IMG/VR virus record: IMGVR_UViG_3300017917_003732
Location: 22,996 to 86,995 of that record
Length of the DNA stretch: 64,000 bases
Source: a virus
Strand: one strand, 5' to 3'
Made by a program: the position numbers and the translations under genes
Shown here: one piece after another, positions 29,392-39,390 of the stretch
Numbering within the stretch: the first letter of the stretch is position 1
How the letters are laid out: each line of letters begins with the position of its first letter
The notes under the pieces: generated by a model
Told to the model about the DNA's origin: nothing
Database searches by the model: none
The model's input: only the letters and a program-made list of their open reading frames with translations

Positions 29392-30036
29392 CTAGAAAGA
29401 AAGTCGCCAAGTAATCTCTAAAGTGGACGTGGCAGGCTTATTAATCACAGGGAATGTCAAATAATTGATCATCGTCTCGCGAGTAGTGAGATCCACGAGA
29501 GGACTATAAGGTCCGTTCGGAGGTGTGACTGGATTTCGAACCGAAAGGTTAGTCGATATGTTCCCTCCAAGCAAACCCATTTCTACAAGAGGCCCGACCG
29601 CTTCAGACTCAGTAAATATCGCAGAGAAATCCACGACATTTGTCGGAATAGCAGTGGGGATCCCCCCTGCATCGATAAACTGAGTTTGAGAAAAAGTCTT
29701 TCGAGTTAGTTCCGAGTAGAGAGCCCGCTGCGTATTCGTCGGGGCAGGGGGGGAAAGAGGATTCCATCCAGAGTCCCCTGTTCCAACAGCCAAGACAAAC
29801 AGACTTTTAGAAGGTTCTTGACTATCCTTCATCAATCGTGCAACTAAAATACTAGCGTCAAGAACAATCAAATTTCGATGCGCTCTTTTTTCCAACACCT
29901 CACCCGAACCATCCCGGAGTGTAAGAAACACCTCTCCACGGATGATGCAGCCAACTCTGTCTTCGTACTTGGGTTTTAGGGCGCTGGAAAAGACAGACCC
30001 CATTCGTGAGAGCGCATCTCTAAGCTGCATGTGCAT
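29392..30036 (-). CDS. Tail collar/fibre-attachment-like protein
   Basis: HRNLIV...LAVGTGD...L.SELTRK...EMGL...FPVINKPATSTLEITWRLSF, a pattern typical of tail-collar proteins. Confidence 0.65.
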   Translation of the reverse strand: MHMQLRDALSRMGSVFSSALKPKYEDRVGCIIRGEVFLTLRDGSGEVLEKRAHRNLIVLDASILVARLMKDSQEPSKSLFVLAVGTGDSGWNPLSPPAPTNTQRALYSELTRKTFSQTQFIDAGGIPTAIPTNVVDFSAIFTESEAVGPLVEMGLLGGNISTNLSVRNPVTPPNGPYSPLVDLTTRETMINYLTFPVINKPATSTLEITWRLSF

Positions 30037-30039
30037 CTA

Positions 30040-30111
30040 CTCCGGTCGGTTTGACTCGCCCACCTAGCGAAGAGCGAGTGCACTTCAAACGGCCAGAGAT
30101 ATAAGAAAAAC
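30040..30111 (-). promoter_or_regulatory. Candidate late promoter GTTTTTC-TTAT followed by a structured 5' UTR covering SD GGAG
   Basis: Motif 30111-30101; CUCUGGCCGUUUG pairs with CAAACCGACCGGAG, enclosing inner stem ACUCGCUC/GGGCGAGU. Confidence 0.6.
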
Positions 30112-30122
30112 CACCAAGCCCA

Positions 30123-31958
30123 TTACATGGACAGAGACAGACCCTCTGCCACGACCATTGACTCACTGAGACGAATTCCAAGGGCTGTCACCACACTCTC
30201 CAAATGGGTCACTGTCTCAGAAACGTTGACTTGAATCACTCTCTCTCCTGGTGCAAGATCAAAGTCCTCTTGACAAGTAAAGTTGTCTCCTACCCCTAGG
30301 AAAAGTGTCAGATTTGGCGAAAGTGATTCATGAAGCCCCAAAATCTCACGTGGATTAACAAAATGCTTAGTCGGCTGAGACGACGGTACTAAGGGGCTCA
30401 AGTTATCCACAGTAATAAATGGGTAAGCCAGGTGCACAGAAGCTAGATAATCGTCCCAAATAGGGTCCCCAGGAGTGTAAGCCGGAACAAAATCCGTAAC
30501 CGGCGGCATGGGATTTTTGAAAGTCACCCACCCTGGGCCATTTAGCTTGGAGATTCTAACTGGAGTGGCATCTTCACGAAGGTCTACCTCTGAACTAGAG
30601 TCCTCTGGTGACAATAGCACATCTTCTGGGCAGTCCCTTAAGTTGAGCTTAGCCTCTCCGAGGCGATAAAATTCAACGAATAAACTCGCCTGATTTAAAA
30701 ATGTAACGATGGGAGTAGGTGTCACTCCAGCCCCATGTGTATACAAGGGCTTAGGATCAATTGCCTGAGGGAACTTGTAGATGTCTTGAGCTTCAGTACA
30801 CGTTCGAACCTGATCCACTTGGAGAATAGAATTCGCTGCACCCCCGGGAGTAAGCGAAGGGCTGAAAAAAACAAGGCCCTGAGGGTTTCCAAAAAGGTTT
30901 GCCAGCCCCGGATCAACTGTTTTTTCGACAGCTGGGAGAACTTGTAGTGACTCACGCAAGCAAACTCGGTCAGTCAAACTCAACTCAACTGTCGAGCGCG
31001 TATCAGGTCTCCTTGCAGTGTTACTAACTTCCTGAATAGAACCCGGTACACTAAGGGTTATGAGATGATAGCATTCCGGAAATCGACTACCAGATATGGT
31101 GAGGTTTTCGGAAAGACTCAAGATCTCCTTAAGTATCTCAGAAGAAGGTTCAACCCGGTAGGGCACCAGCTCTACCGCGAGAGTCTCCTCTAATCGTAGA
31201 ACCTCAGATACACCTTGATTCGATTCAGGCCCAGGAGACCTTAACTCACCGCTGAACCTTGAGATTGGGATTCGAAGTGTCTTTTTTTCGCTGCAAGGAT
31301 CTATTTTTGTGGTACTCGGAACAACCTTCAACCCTAACGTAGTGCTAATAGTACTTGAGATCTCGATCGAATAGAATCGACCAGAAGTCAAGTCAGCACC
31401 AAGTTGAAGCGTAACCCGGGTAGGATTGACTAAGAGGTTTGGGGTAACACCCGCAACCGAAACCAAAACCCCATCGGAGTCAAAAACCCTGTAACTACCT
31501 GAAGCTAAAAGAGCCGAATCCAGCCGCATCTCTTGATTAAAAAGAACCAAAACCCGATCAGCTCGAATTGCTCGGGCTCGTAGTCTCCCCACCGATGGAA
31601 AACCAGTAAAATCCGCCGAGTTCACACTAGGATCAAGACTAGACCCGAAAACACTCTCAAGTACCTCGTTTACCCTAACGTGATATAGGGTATACTTCTG
31701 TGTATCAGTAATTAAACGTAACTCATTGAGTTCGGACCCAGCAATGATCTTCCTAACAGGCAGAACTTCATAGTTCCCCAGTATTCGCTCAATGAAAAAG
31801 TTAGCAGGGTCTGTAGTACTGGATGATTCTAGGTTAGGAGCTTCAGAAAAAGTAAGAGCTAGCGTGCAAGGGCTGATAGCGGTAGCATCGACCAATTGGA
31901 ATAGAGCAGCTCCTCCGCCAAATGGCGTCATACCGTAAGGCTGATTACCGTAGGACAT
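30123..31958 (-). CDS. Virion protein with two Ig-like domains and ExLxLxExL repeats (611 aa)
   Basis: LTFSE..DPANF and LFNQEM..GSY Ig-like signatures; N-terminal YG.QPYG.TPFGG. Confidence 0.65.
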   Translation of the reverse strand: MSYGNQPYGMTPFGGGAALFQLVDATAISPCTLALTFSEAPNLESSSTTDPANFFIERILGNYEVLPVRKIIAGSELNELRLITDTQKYTLYHVRVNEVLESVFGSSLDPSVNSADFTGFPSVGRLRARAIRADRVLVLFNQEMRLDSALLASGSYRVFDSDGVLVSVAGVTPNLLVNPTRVTLQLGADLTSGRFYSIEISSTISTTLGLKVVPSTTKIDPCSEKKTLRIPISRFSGELRSPGPESNQGVSEVLRLEETLAVELVPYRVEPSSEILKEILSLSENLTISGSRFPECYHLITLSVPGSIQEVSNTARRPDTRSTVELSLTDRVCLRESLQVLPAVEKTVDPGLANLFGNPQGLVFFSPSLTPGGAANSILQVDQVRTCTEAQDIYKFPQAIDPKPLYTHGAGVTPTPIVTFLNQASLFVEFYRLGEAKLNLRDCPEDVLLSPEDSSSEVDLREDATPVRISKLNGPGWVTFKNPMPPVTDFVPAYTPGDPIWDDYLASVHLAYPFITVDNLSPLVPSSQPTKHFVNPREILGLHESLSPNLTLFLGVGDNFTCQEDFDLAPGERVIQVNVSETVTHLESVVTALGIRLSESMVVAEGLSLSM

Positions 31959-31969
31959 GCTCTCCTCCG

Positions 31970-34900
31970 TCAGGGATCGACAAGGAAGTCTATGGCTCCC
32001 TCGCTCACATTCTTGACAAGACGATACGTATGGTAGTCCCCGTCAAGATAATCGAACGAGATTGACCCTAATACTTCGTTACTGTTGAGATCGATCAACT
32101 GCACCTCCCTATCTCCGAGAGGCGTAGCGACAAATGCCAGGGCCGCAGTTAGGCCAAGTGCAGAGAATCCAAACCGAACCCCAGAGTCACCCATCCCAAG
32201 GGTTGAATCACTTAGGAGCCGAAGTCGAAAGTCCACCCTTGTTGTGAGTCCAATTGGATCAGTAAGTGGTGTGGCGTTCCGATAAATCGTTCTAGTCGGA
32301 TTAGAACCTACCGCATAAGTGAGGATTCCTCCAAAAACGGTCGTACTAACCTGGGCTGGATCCTCAGACTGAATCACCCAGGGTGTCCCATAACTAAGAT
32401 CCTGTTCCGGAAGTACATCACCCTGGTAACCGACACAAATCGTATTTTGCCAGGAAAGCTTTCCTAGTTTGACAAGCCCAACCTCATCTGAGATAGGAGA
32501 GATTAGGTCTCGATCCCCAGAAGACTTTTCCAAAACTTGTAGGGAGTTATAGAGTACATCATCTGGCACAACAATAGTCACCTCGTACGTTGCGTCATTC
32601 AACCTGAAGCTTTTCGAGTTAAGTTGATTCGTCGGCTGGTTAAGAATCGACAAGTAACTTACTTCTGGCAAAGGTCTCCTGATCTCGTAAGTTTGAGTTT
32701 GCGGAACCAATGGCGTGCCTTCATTTAGCCTAGTAAAGGCAACAAGTTCCGGGGTCAGGGAGTACTCTTCCCAAGGATACGGAATACCCGTAGACGAACA
32801 TGCAAAATTCGTATGATTGTGCCTAATCGTTCCAAACAAGTGTTCGGGAGACGACATAATGTTGCGTTGATTGAGGACTTGATGCGCTGGAACAATTCTC
32901 ACTTCACTTGGAGGCCTAGTTACTCCGTATCGAACAAAGTCCCAGGCTGTCTGGGAAATATTTTCCGAATCAAAGGCACCCCACGAGACTGACGGAAGAC
33001 CTCGATTGATCAAGTATGGGATACCCACAGAACTAGGAGGGAGGTTCACCTCGCTATAGTCAATAGAAATCAAAGGCTCAGGATTCAAGTCCTGAAAAAG
33101 AGACACGAATCCAGAAGGACTTCGAATCAACTTGTAATGGTGGGAATTCCAGATCTCGTGCAAGACAACCAAGTACGAAACTTCCAGGGGAGCAGTAAAG
33201 CTACCGAGGATTGTCAGGTCGGTCGAAGTCACGGAGGAGATTGGAAAGGTCCCAGCATTGGGCCCGCTCTCGATGACAAGATCATCTCCAGTGCGGACCC
33301 CTAGAGAAACGAAATCCTTACTGGAGTCACTCAATACTGTCAAAGAAGTCGTCCCTATGCCCGTCGTTCTAATCGGAACCTGACTCGTAGCCCTCCAATC
33401 AGTCTGCGCGGGAATCCTATAGCTCACGCTGGTTAATCCCGTTTGGGGAAAGCTATCAGAAAAAGTCAATACCGTTGGGTCAACCGAAAGAATCGAATAA
33501 ACCCCTCGATTCACACCGTGATCGATCACCAAGTCATCGCCCACTTGAACGCCAAGCGCGACAAAATCCGTTAAGGAGTTTGTTAGGGTGTTACCAGCCG
33601 TCATAGCCTGACCACTAGTCCGAAGGGGCAAATGATACCCAATCAAAGAGTTAGGGTCAGACCCTTTCCAAATACCTACATAGTGCCGAACTCCAGATAA
33701 CGATTGCGCTCTCCAAACGTTAGCATAGTGCCACTCGACCACCGAACATGCCGCCATGCTCGAGAGAGTAGATGACCCAAATGAATAAGTGGGATTCCCA
33801 TGAGTCGAGTCAAATAAGTCATATGACAGGGAGCCCTTGTATTGGTTGTCGATGAATAGGCTTACAAGATTACCAGAAGTGCTCTTTACAACACGATAAA
33901 TATGAACCTTACCGTCAAACCAATCGAATGGGATGATCGCAGAAGCGGAGGACCTCACCTGACCATCTGAATGCCAAGCGATTTGACGCTCCCCGGTATC
34001 GGGATCCACTCTAGTCAGAATACCGACTGTATGAGTCCCGTCAAAAATATCTATGGTGGCCCCGGCAAAGTTTTCTGAGGACCCATCCGGAGTGTACGAG
34101 AAAACTTGAAACTTGGCCTCAGCAAACCAATCAAGGGAAGTTTCAATGATTCGAGTATCCGAACCTATTGGCTCTAGGTCATTGATAGCAAATACACGCC
34201 CATCCAGCACTGAGGTATCTTCGATCCGCAAGATACGCCCAACCATATACGCAGTCGCCGTTCCCAGAGAAGTCCAAGGCTTGGGGGAAGCCTCCTGAGG
34301 CAAAGAACGCCCAGGGTAGCTCAGCTTCGGTTGCGGTTTCGAGGGGAAAAAACAAACCTGAACTAATCTCGCTCCATCATCTATCGCCGCCATAACAGCG
34401 TTAGGAGCCACCCCATGTGTATAGGTCCTGAGACAAACCCCTAAGTCAAGAGTCACATCAGAAGACATACCCAATAGTGGCTCGATTCTAGTGAACCCCT
34501 TGAAGTCACCCCCTACAAGCCCTATTTCACTTGCATTTGTGGAAGAAGTGGAATCTAGGTAAAGCTCTCCATCGACCAAAGACTCGTTCCCATGGTAGCC
34601 GACAGGCGTCCACGGAACCATCGCATTTTCGGGATAGGTATCCCCCTCATAAGAAACAAAAACTGATGGAGCACTCTGCTCAGGATTTATCGGTACAGTC
34701 ACATAACGTACAAAATCCCAGGTACTTAGGTTCGTAGCCTGGCGACCAAGAGATCCGAAGTAAACATTCTGGACTTCATTAAAGGGAGCATCCAGCTCAT
34801 CGAGGTAAGGGAGCTCATTTTCGGTAATACGAAGATTTTCGACTATCTCCCCGTCCACATAAAACCGGACAACACCATCACGGTCCCTAAAAAATCGGTA

Positions 34901-37645
34901 CGAGTGAAGGATAGACCAATCAAGTTCAAATGGAAGTCCAGTAGGATTTCCCTCAAAACTTACCCCTCCAGTCCATGCGTCAGGATTTGCCTGGCGATTG
35001 CCATACCCCTGCTTCAAAAAACCAACTTTCCTAACTCCATTGTCCAAAAGGTACCCGAGAACCACCACACGGTTCTCGTCCGAAAATCCCACTGCCACCC
35101 CGGTATTGACCCCATCCGGAGAAGTGGAGTTGATCCTCATGCGCCACGTAGCCGCGTAGACACTCGGAAAAGTTAAGTCCACCGTCCGGGTCCAGAAGAT
35201 ACCTTGCCCCTCTGGGTACGGACCAGACTTGTTATCTTCTACCACCAAGCTCCCAAGTACCACTGAGGCCAGTCCTGCGCCTCGGCGGGACCAAGGTGCC
35301 GTCGGGTCAACCTCAGGTAATACATCCGCAGGGTACGAAACTGTGACTTCCTGCACCTGCCTGGAGAGCGGTGGATAGGCAATTCGGTGAAATGGGGTAT
35401 TAAGGACAAAAAGAGCCGGGTCATTCAGGGCAACAGAGTAAGCCCTTTCGTATGCCCGATAGTGCATGTCACGAAGCAACGGCTGGGCCTGCTCAGCCAG
35501 TACATCATCAGTTCTGTACAACGCTGGAGACACCAAAACACTGCGATATCTATAGATATGCTGGGTAGTCGTATTCACCCCTGCATCATGTAACCACGAA
35601 TTAAGCCTAAACTCTTTTGAGTTCAACCTTCGAAGTTCAACTGTTGGGTCAGGGATCCAGTCATAGTCCACCACCACATCATCTTCAGGAGCGGGCACAG
35701 TATCAACAATAACCTGCCCTAAAAGTCCGGAAACCGCTAATACAGCCACACGATGCCCGTTAATCCTAACTGTGACATCTTCCGGACTATCCGCAATCTC
35801 TCCTGTCCTAGGGTCAAATAGCCTCCAAGGTAAAGTCCCGTTCTCAGGGTCAGGAAGATGAAAACTCGCCTGTACTTTCAAACGATCAGGACCCACCACA
35901 CCCCTAACCAAAAAACTCCCCCCATTTAGCGAACCACTCAACTCAAGAAAAAGTCCAACATAATCTGTGGTAAAATTACCGCCAGAAAGAACCACTTCAT
36001 CCGAAGTCAAAGTCCCAAAGTAAGTTGACGCAGAAACCTGGATTGTAGCCCCCGTACCACTTTGGACAGTCAGGGCCGGTTTTGCAATTGGCCCATGATC
36101 CGTAAAGATGGACCTAGTACCGATCGGAACAGAACCTACAAAAGAGACCTCACAGTGCAGAGGATCAATGGTATTCCCAACCTCATCCAAAGGTCCAACG
36201 GTGCTAACCCGAACCGAGCACAACCCATCGAGCATTCCGGCCGTGAGGAGGAAAACAGTCCTTACATCAATAGCGCGAACCTCTCTAACTCTTATGACTT
36301 CCGAGTGTGGTCCGGTAATAGCGTAGTTAGCGGAGTCAATAAGATCAGAGTCAATCCTCATGTCCTTGTCAAACGACACAATGAGGGACCCGTCATCTGC
36401 TACACAGTTTGCTGCTAAAACTCGCGGGGCTACCCCGAAAGCGATGAACTCAACAGAACCTGAATAAGGTGTCTGGGATGCCTGCTTGATGAGCCCCTCA
36501 ACAGAGCCCATATAAGACTTCCCAAGAGTCGTCTCAGAAACCTTGAGGATAGCTTCTTTTGCTCCCGCCTTCTGTGTCCAATGAAGTGAGCCAGTTCCAG
36601 GGACAAATGACCCAGGGTCCCAAGGAGACAAGGGCGGAACATAGACCCCATTCGCCGGATCTGTATAGGAAACCTCACGGTCTAACGTGACTACAGATCC
36701 TAAGTAAGAACGAATGCGATAGGGTATAGTAGTAGTTAGGTGAGTACCTTGAATGAACAGGTAATGTCCTACGTGTTCTGGAAGAAAGCTACCAGTTACT
36801 GTATCAAAAGTAAAAGAGGTGAAGTTGACTGGTCTCCCGGACAAAGGAGGAATAACCTGCCCACCAGTGCCTTCTTGCACAACCTCTTGCACAGGCGTTG
36901 CGCTGAAAATGAGAACGGGATATGCCCCTGATTGTTTGGGGGTCACATCAAAATGTTCAGGGTCAGAAACCTGCTCGGCTTCCATTACCTCGGGAAACTC
37001 GACCCCAATAGTCGTTTCATCAATGCTGTAAAACCGAAGTGACCCGATCTGAACGCTCTCGAATAAGGAAACATTCTCGTTCGCTTCGAGCGAGATATTG
37101 AAGTCTGTGCTAACTCCTACCGTTTGAGTAAGGGCTTCGGTAGCATTTGCAATAAAAGGGGAAATTCCCTCCTCAAGCACGAACTCTTCTTCTGGTCTTA
37201 CATGGAACCCGAACTGAAGCTCCTCTACAAGAGTGACGGTTTCGACGCCATCGAGGTGAGCCCCGGCAACATTGAATACATAGCTAAAAGTGGCAGTGGA
37301 CCCGGCTAAGGTAACGACCGAGATGTCCACCTGAATCGGATTTCCATCCGGAAAATCAGGGTGTGAAGAAACATCAACCGTTAGGTTAGGACCATCAAAA
37401 ACTACAGTCCCACCAAAAGGAGTGACAAACTCTGAGTCCAAAAGGACACGAGCGCCATTTAGGAAAAGCTGGAGTGTGTAGGACTCAAACTCAGATAAGC
37501 AGTATAAGGTGAATTGGACAGGGGTGTCTACCGGAGAGCCAGAGCTATCAATCGCTGGGTTCGCAGACTCAAGCGATACACCCCCGGACTCGAGAGACAA
37601 CCCTCCATATGGGGTTGTCCCGAATGGGTTAATGCCGTAAGTCAC
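31970..37645 (-). CDS. Large mosaic virion protein (1891 aa) with Ig-like and four ConA/LamG-like domains
   Basis: Four Y.gd.lPe...PW starts and four H.Y(R/K)...(L/F)(F/Y/L).D motifs; Ig-like VSFDKDM; GAGGUGA SD before GTG. Confidence 0.72.
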   Translation of the reverse strand: MTYGINPFGTTPYGGLSLESGGVSLESANPAIDSSGSPVDTPVQFTLYCLSEFESYTLQLFLNGARVLLDSEFVTPFGGTVVFDGPNLTVDVSSHPDFPDGNPIQVDISVVTLAGSTATFSYVFNVAGAHLDGVETVTLVEELQFGFHVRPEEEFVLEEGISPFIANATEALTQTVGVSTDFNISLEANENVSLFESVQIGSLRFYSIDETTIGVEFPEVMEAEQVSDPEHFDVTPKQSGAYPVLIFSATPVQEVVQEGTGGQVIPPLSGRPVNFTSFTFDTVTGSFLPEHVGHYLFIQGTHLTTTIPYRIRSYLGSVVTLDREVSYTDPANGVYVPPLSPWDPGSFVPGTGSLHWTQKAGAKEAILKVSETTLGKSYMGSVEGLIKQASQTPYSGSVEFIAFGVAPRVLAANCVADDGSLIVSFDKDMRIDSDLIDSANYAITGPHSEVIRVREVRAIDVRTVFLLTAGMLDGLCSVRVSTVGPLDEVGNTIDPLHCEVSFVGSVPIGTRSIFTDHGPIAKPALTVQSGTGATIQVSASTYFGTLTSDEVVLSGGNFTTDYVGLFLELSGSLNGGSFLVRGVVGPDRLKVQASFHLPDPENGTLPWRLFDPRTGEIADSPEDVTVRINGHRVAVLAVSGLLGQVIVDTVPAPEDDVVVDYDWIPDPTVELRRLNSKEFRLNSWLHDAGVNTTTQHIYRYRSVLVSPALYRTDDVLAEQAQPLLRDMHYRAYERAYSVALNDPALFVLNTPFHRIAYPPLSRQVQEVTVSYPADVLPEVDPTAPWSRRGAGLASVVLGSLVVEDNKSGPYPEGQGIFWTRTVDLTFPSVYAATWRMRINSTSPDGVNTGVAVGFSDENRVVVLGYLLDNGVRKVGFLKQGYGNRQANPDAWTGGVSFEGNPTGLPFELDWSILHSYRFFRDRDGVVRFYVDGEIVENLRITENELPYLDELDAPFNEVQNVYFGSLGRQATNLSTWDFVRYVTVPINPEQSAPSVFVSYEGDTYPENAMVPWTPVGYHGNESLVDGELYLDSTSSTNASEIGLVGGDFKGFTRIEPLLGMSSDVTLDLGVCLRTYTHGVAPNAVMAAIDDGARLVQVCFFPSKPQPKLSYPGRSLPQEASPKPWTSLGTATAYMVGRILRIEDTSVLDGRVFAINDLEPIGSDTRIIETSLDWFAEAKFQVFSYTPDGSSENFAGATIDIFDGTHTVGILTRVDPDTGERQIAWHSDGQVRSSASAIIPFDWFDGKVHIYRVVKSTSGNLVSLFIDNQYKGSLSYDLFDSTHGNPTYSFGSSTLSSMAACSVVEWHYANVWRAQSLSGVRHYVGIWKGSDPNSLIGYHLPLRTSGQAMTAGNTLTNSLTDFVALGVQVGDDLVIDHGVNRGVYSILSVDPTVLTFSDSFPQTGLTSVSYRIPAQTDWRATSQVPIRTTGIGTTSLTVLSDSSKDFVSLGVRTGDDLVIESGPNAGTFPISSVTSTDLTILGSFTAPLEVSYLVVLHEIWNSHHYKLIRSPSGFVSLFQDLNPEPLISIDYSEVNLPPSSVGIPYLINRGLPSVSWGAFDSENISQTAWDFVRYGVTRPPSEVRIVPAHQVLNQRNIMSSPEHLFGTIRHNHTNFACSSTGIPYPWEEYSLTPELVAFTRLNEGTPLVPQTQTYEIRRPLPEVSYLSILNQPTNQLNSKSFRLNDATYEVTIVVPDDVLYNSLQVLEKSSGDRDLISPISDEVGLVKLGKLSWQNTICVGYQGDVLPEQDLSYGTPWVIQSEDPAQVSTTVFGGILTYAVGSNPTRTIYRNATPLTDPIGLTTRVDFRLRLLSDSTLGMGDSGVRFGFSALGLTAALAFVATPLGDREVQLIDLNSNEVLGSISFDYLDGDYHTYRLVKNVSEGAIDFLVDP

Positions 37646-37653
37646 GTGTCACC

Positions 37654-38130
37654 TCACACTTGCCAAAGCTCTGCAATTATGATATCCACAAGAGGGCCAC
37701 CGTAAGGGGGAGGATAGGGGTAGGGCTGACTTACGACATTCGTGACCCAAGTGACATAAATAGGACCAGGAGCCCCGGAGTCCCTAGCTCTCTTTTTGAC
37801 ATAGGTGATCATCCCCCCACCAGTGGCATATGCCGTGCCAGCCGTATAGATTGGATGTTGAATACCGATCCTGTTGATTGTTCGATCAACAGCTTCTTCT
37901 TTGGTAATCTGAACATCGGTAGGGTAATTCGATACCATCCGAGGAAGCATCAAGCTTTCAGTATGTGCCGAGGCAAGTATATCATCGAATGGATATTCGG
38001 ATACCTCACGAACTATGTTGACATACCAAGTGGAAGAAGAGATGGAACTCAAAGCTCTGATAGCAACTTGACGGAGAATATCTGTGTACCACCTGGAAGC
38101 GGCCAATTGACTATCGATGACAATTGTCAT
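37654..38130 (-). CDS. Hypothetical protein (158 aa), tail block
   Basis: GAGGUGA SD; fills the gap between the paralog array and the 1891-aa gene. Confidence 0.65.
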   Translation of the reverse strand: MTIVIDSQLAASRWYTDILRQVAIRALSSISSSTWYVNIVREVSEYPFDDILASAHTESLMLPRMVSNYPTDVQITKEEAVDRTINRIGIQHPIYTAGTAYATGGGMITYVKKRARDSGAPGPIYVTWVTNVVSQPYPYPPPYGGPLVDIIIAELWQV

Positions 38131-38138
38131 GTCTCACC

Positions 38139-39371
38139 TCACCCGCATAGTCCGGTCACCCCAAGCCTATTTGGGAAAGAAAGAGGATTAAGGCCTACTA
38201 TCCAAGGGATAAGCATCTTGTAGTTGGTGACAGTCGGAGTACCAATCACCAATTTAGTGCCATCAGAGTTGAAACTCAGGTTAGATATGTTTTGCACTAC
38301 CTGGAAAAACTCAATACTCCCAGCATAACCATCATAGTACTCAGATGCGCAGACCAAACAAGGTAGAGCATCATAGGTAGACGGGTAGAAGCTAAATAAC
38401 CTGTTAGGTGAGCACTGATTCCCACTGAGACCTAGTACTTCAGACAGCATTGAAATCTTGACATTTCTAACCTCATACTGCCCATAGGTATTGAAAGCGA
38501 TCCCACCACTATCTGTAGAAGTACCGGTGATTCCCCCAAAAACTGTACCCGCAGCTGGAAAAGAGACAGTTAGACCACCAATCATGATATAAGGGTCAGT
38601 CAAAACAGGAAGATTCTCTCGCCGAACATAGACACCGGTATAAGTAAAGTGATAGTTCACATCAAATGAGTTATCATGCAGAATAAGCAACCCATCATGA
38701 TCTGCCAAAAAACTATAACGAGTAAGGCTAGCTGTAGGCCCCGTATTGAAAACAAGATTCAAGCTCTGCTTCGATGTTAAATGAGCCCCTCCAGGCTCCG
38801 AGTTGCTCCTAGGGAATACATAGAGACCCAGACCACCTGTTGGCACCTTCCAAACCGGATTTCCCTTTGCTTGGTTACCAAAAGAATTAGGGTCCCCGTA
38901 GGTCCCTAGAGTCCCATTCCACGGGTTTTTATCACCACCGATACCGACCCCCATCTGAATGGCAACCCAATGATCATTTGACCCGTTATTGGCCGACCCA
39001 TTCGCCAACGCCGGACCAGACCCAGGAGCAGCACCCCAAGTATCATTGTACTTCACATACTGAGCCAAAATGTAAAAAGGCTCGTTGCGAATCCCAGCAT
39101 AGCTTGAATTTGCCGGAGTCGTGGTTCCAGTTCTCCACTCGAACAAGTACCAAGCATTAGAGGTAAAAGGGTTCGTTTCATCCCAATAACCTATTGAATC
39201 GGCAGAAGCCGATAGTCCTGCAAACCTAGCCCGAAGAGTCACGACCCCCTGGCTTTCCAAGTACATAAGGAAGTCATAGAGTCCCTTAAAAAACTCCTGT
39301 GCATTCTGGTAAACATTAGTGCCAGTGTACCAAGAGTAACAATCCAACTTCCCAAAGACTTGACCAGCCAT
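38139..39371 (-). CDS. Tandem paralog 4 of 4 (410 aa), putative virion surface/receptor-binding protein
   Basis: Shares AQEFFKGLYDF, NPF..AWY.F, IQMGVGIGGD.NPWNG, KG.PVWK, FPRSN, FLADHD and GYAG.I with its neighbours. Confidence 0.75.
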   Translation of the reverse strand: MAGQVFGKLDCYSWYTGTNVYQNAQEFFKGLYDFLMYLESQGVVTLRARFAGLSASADSIGYWDETNPFTSNAWYLFEWRTGTTTPANSSYAGIRNEPFYILAQYVKYNDTWGAAPGSGPALANGSANNGSNDHWVAIQMGVGIGGDKNPWNGTLGTYGDPNSFGNQAKGNPVWKVPTGGLGLYVFPRSNSEPGGAHLTSKQSLNLVFNTGPTASLTRYSFLADHDGLLILHDNSFDVNYHFTYTGVYVRRENLPVLTDPYIMIGGLTVSFPAAGTVFGGITGTSTDSGGIAFNTYGQYEVRNVKISMLSEVLGLSGNQCSPNRLFSFYPSTYDALPCLVCASEYYDGYAGSIEFFQVVQNISNLSFNSDGTKLVIGTPTVTNYKMLIPWIVGLNPLSFPNRLGVTGLCG

Positions 39372-39390
39372 GATTAGACCCTCAAGATGA

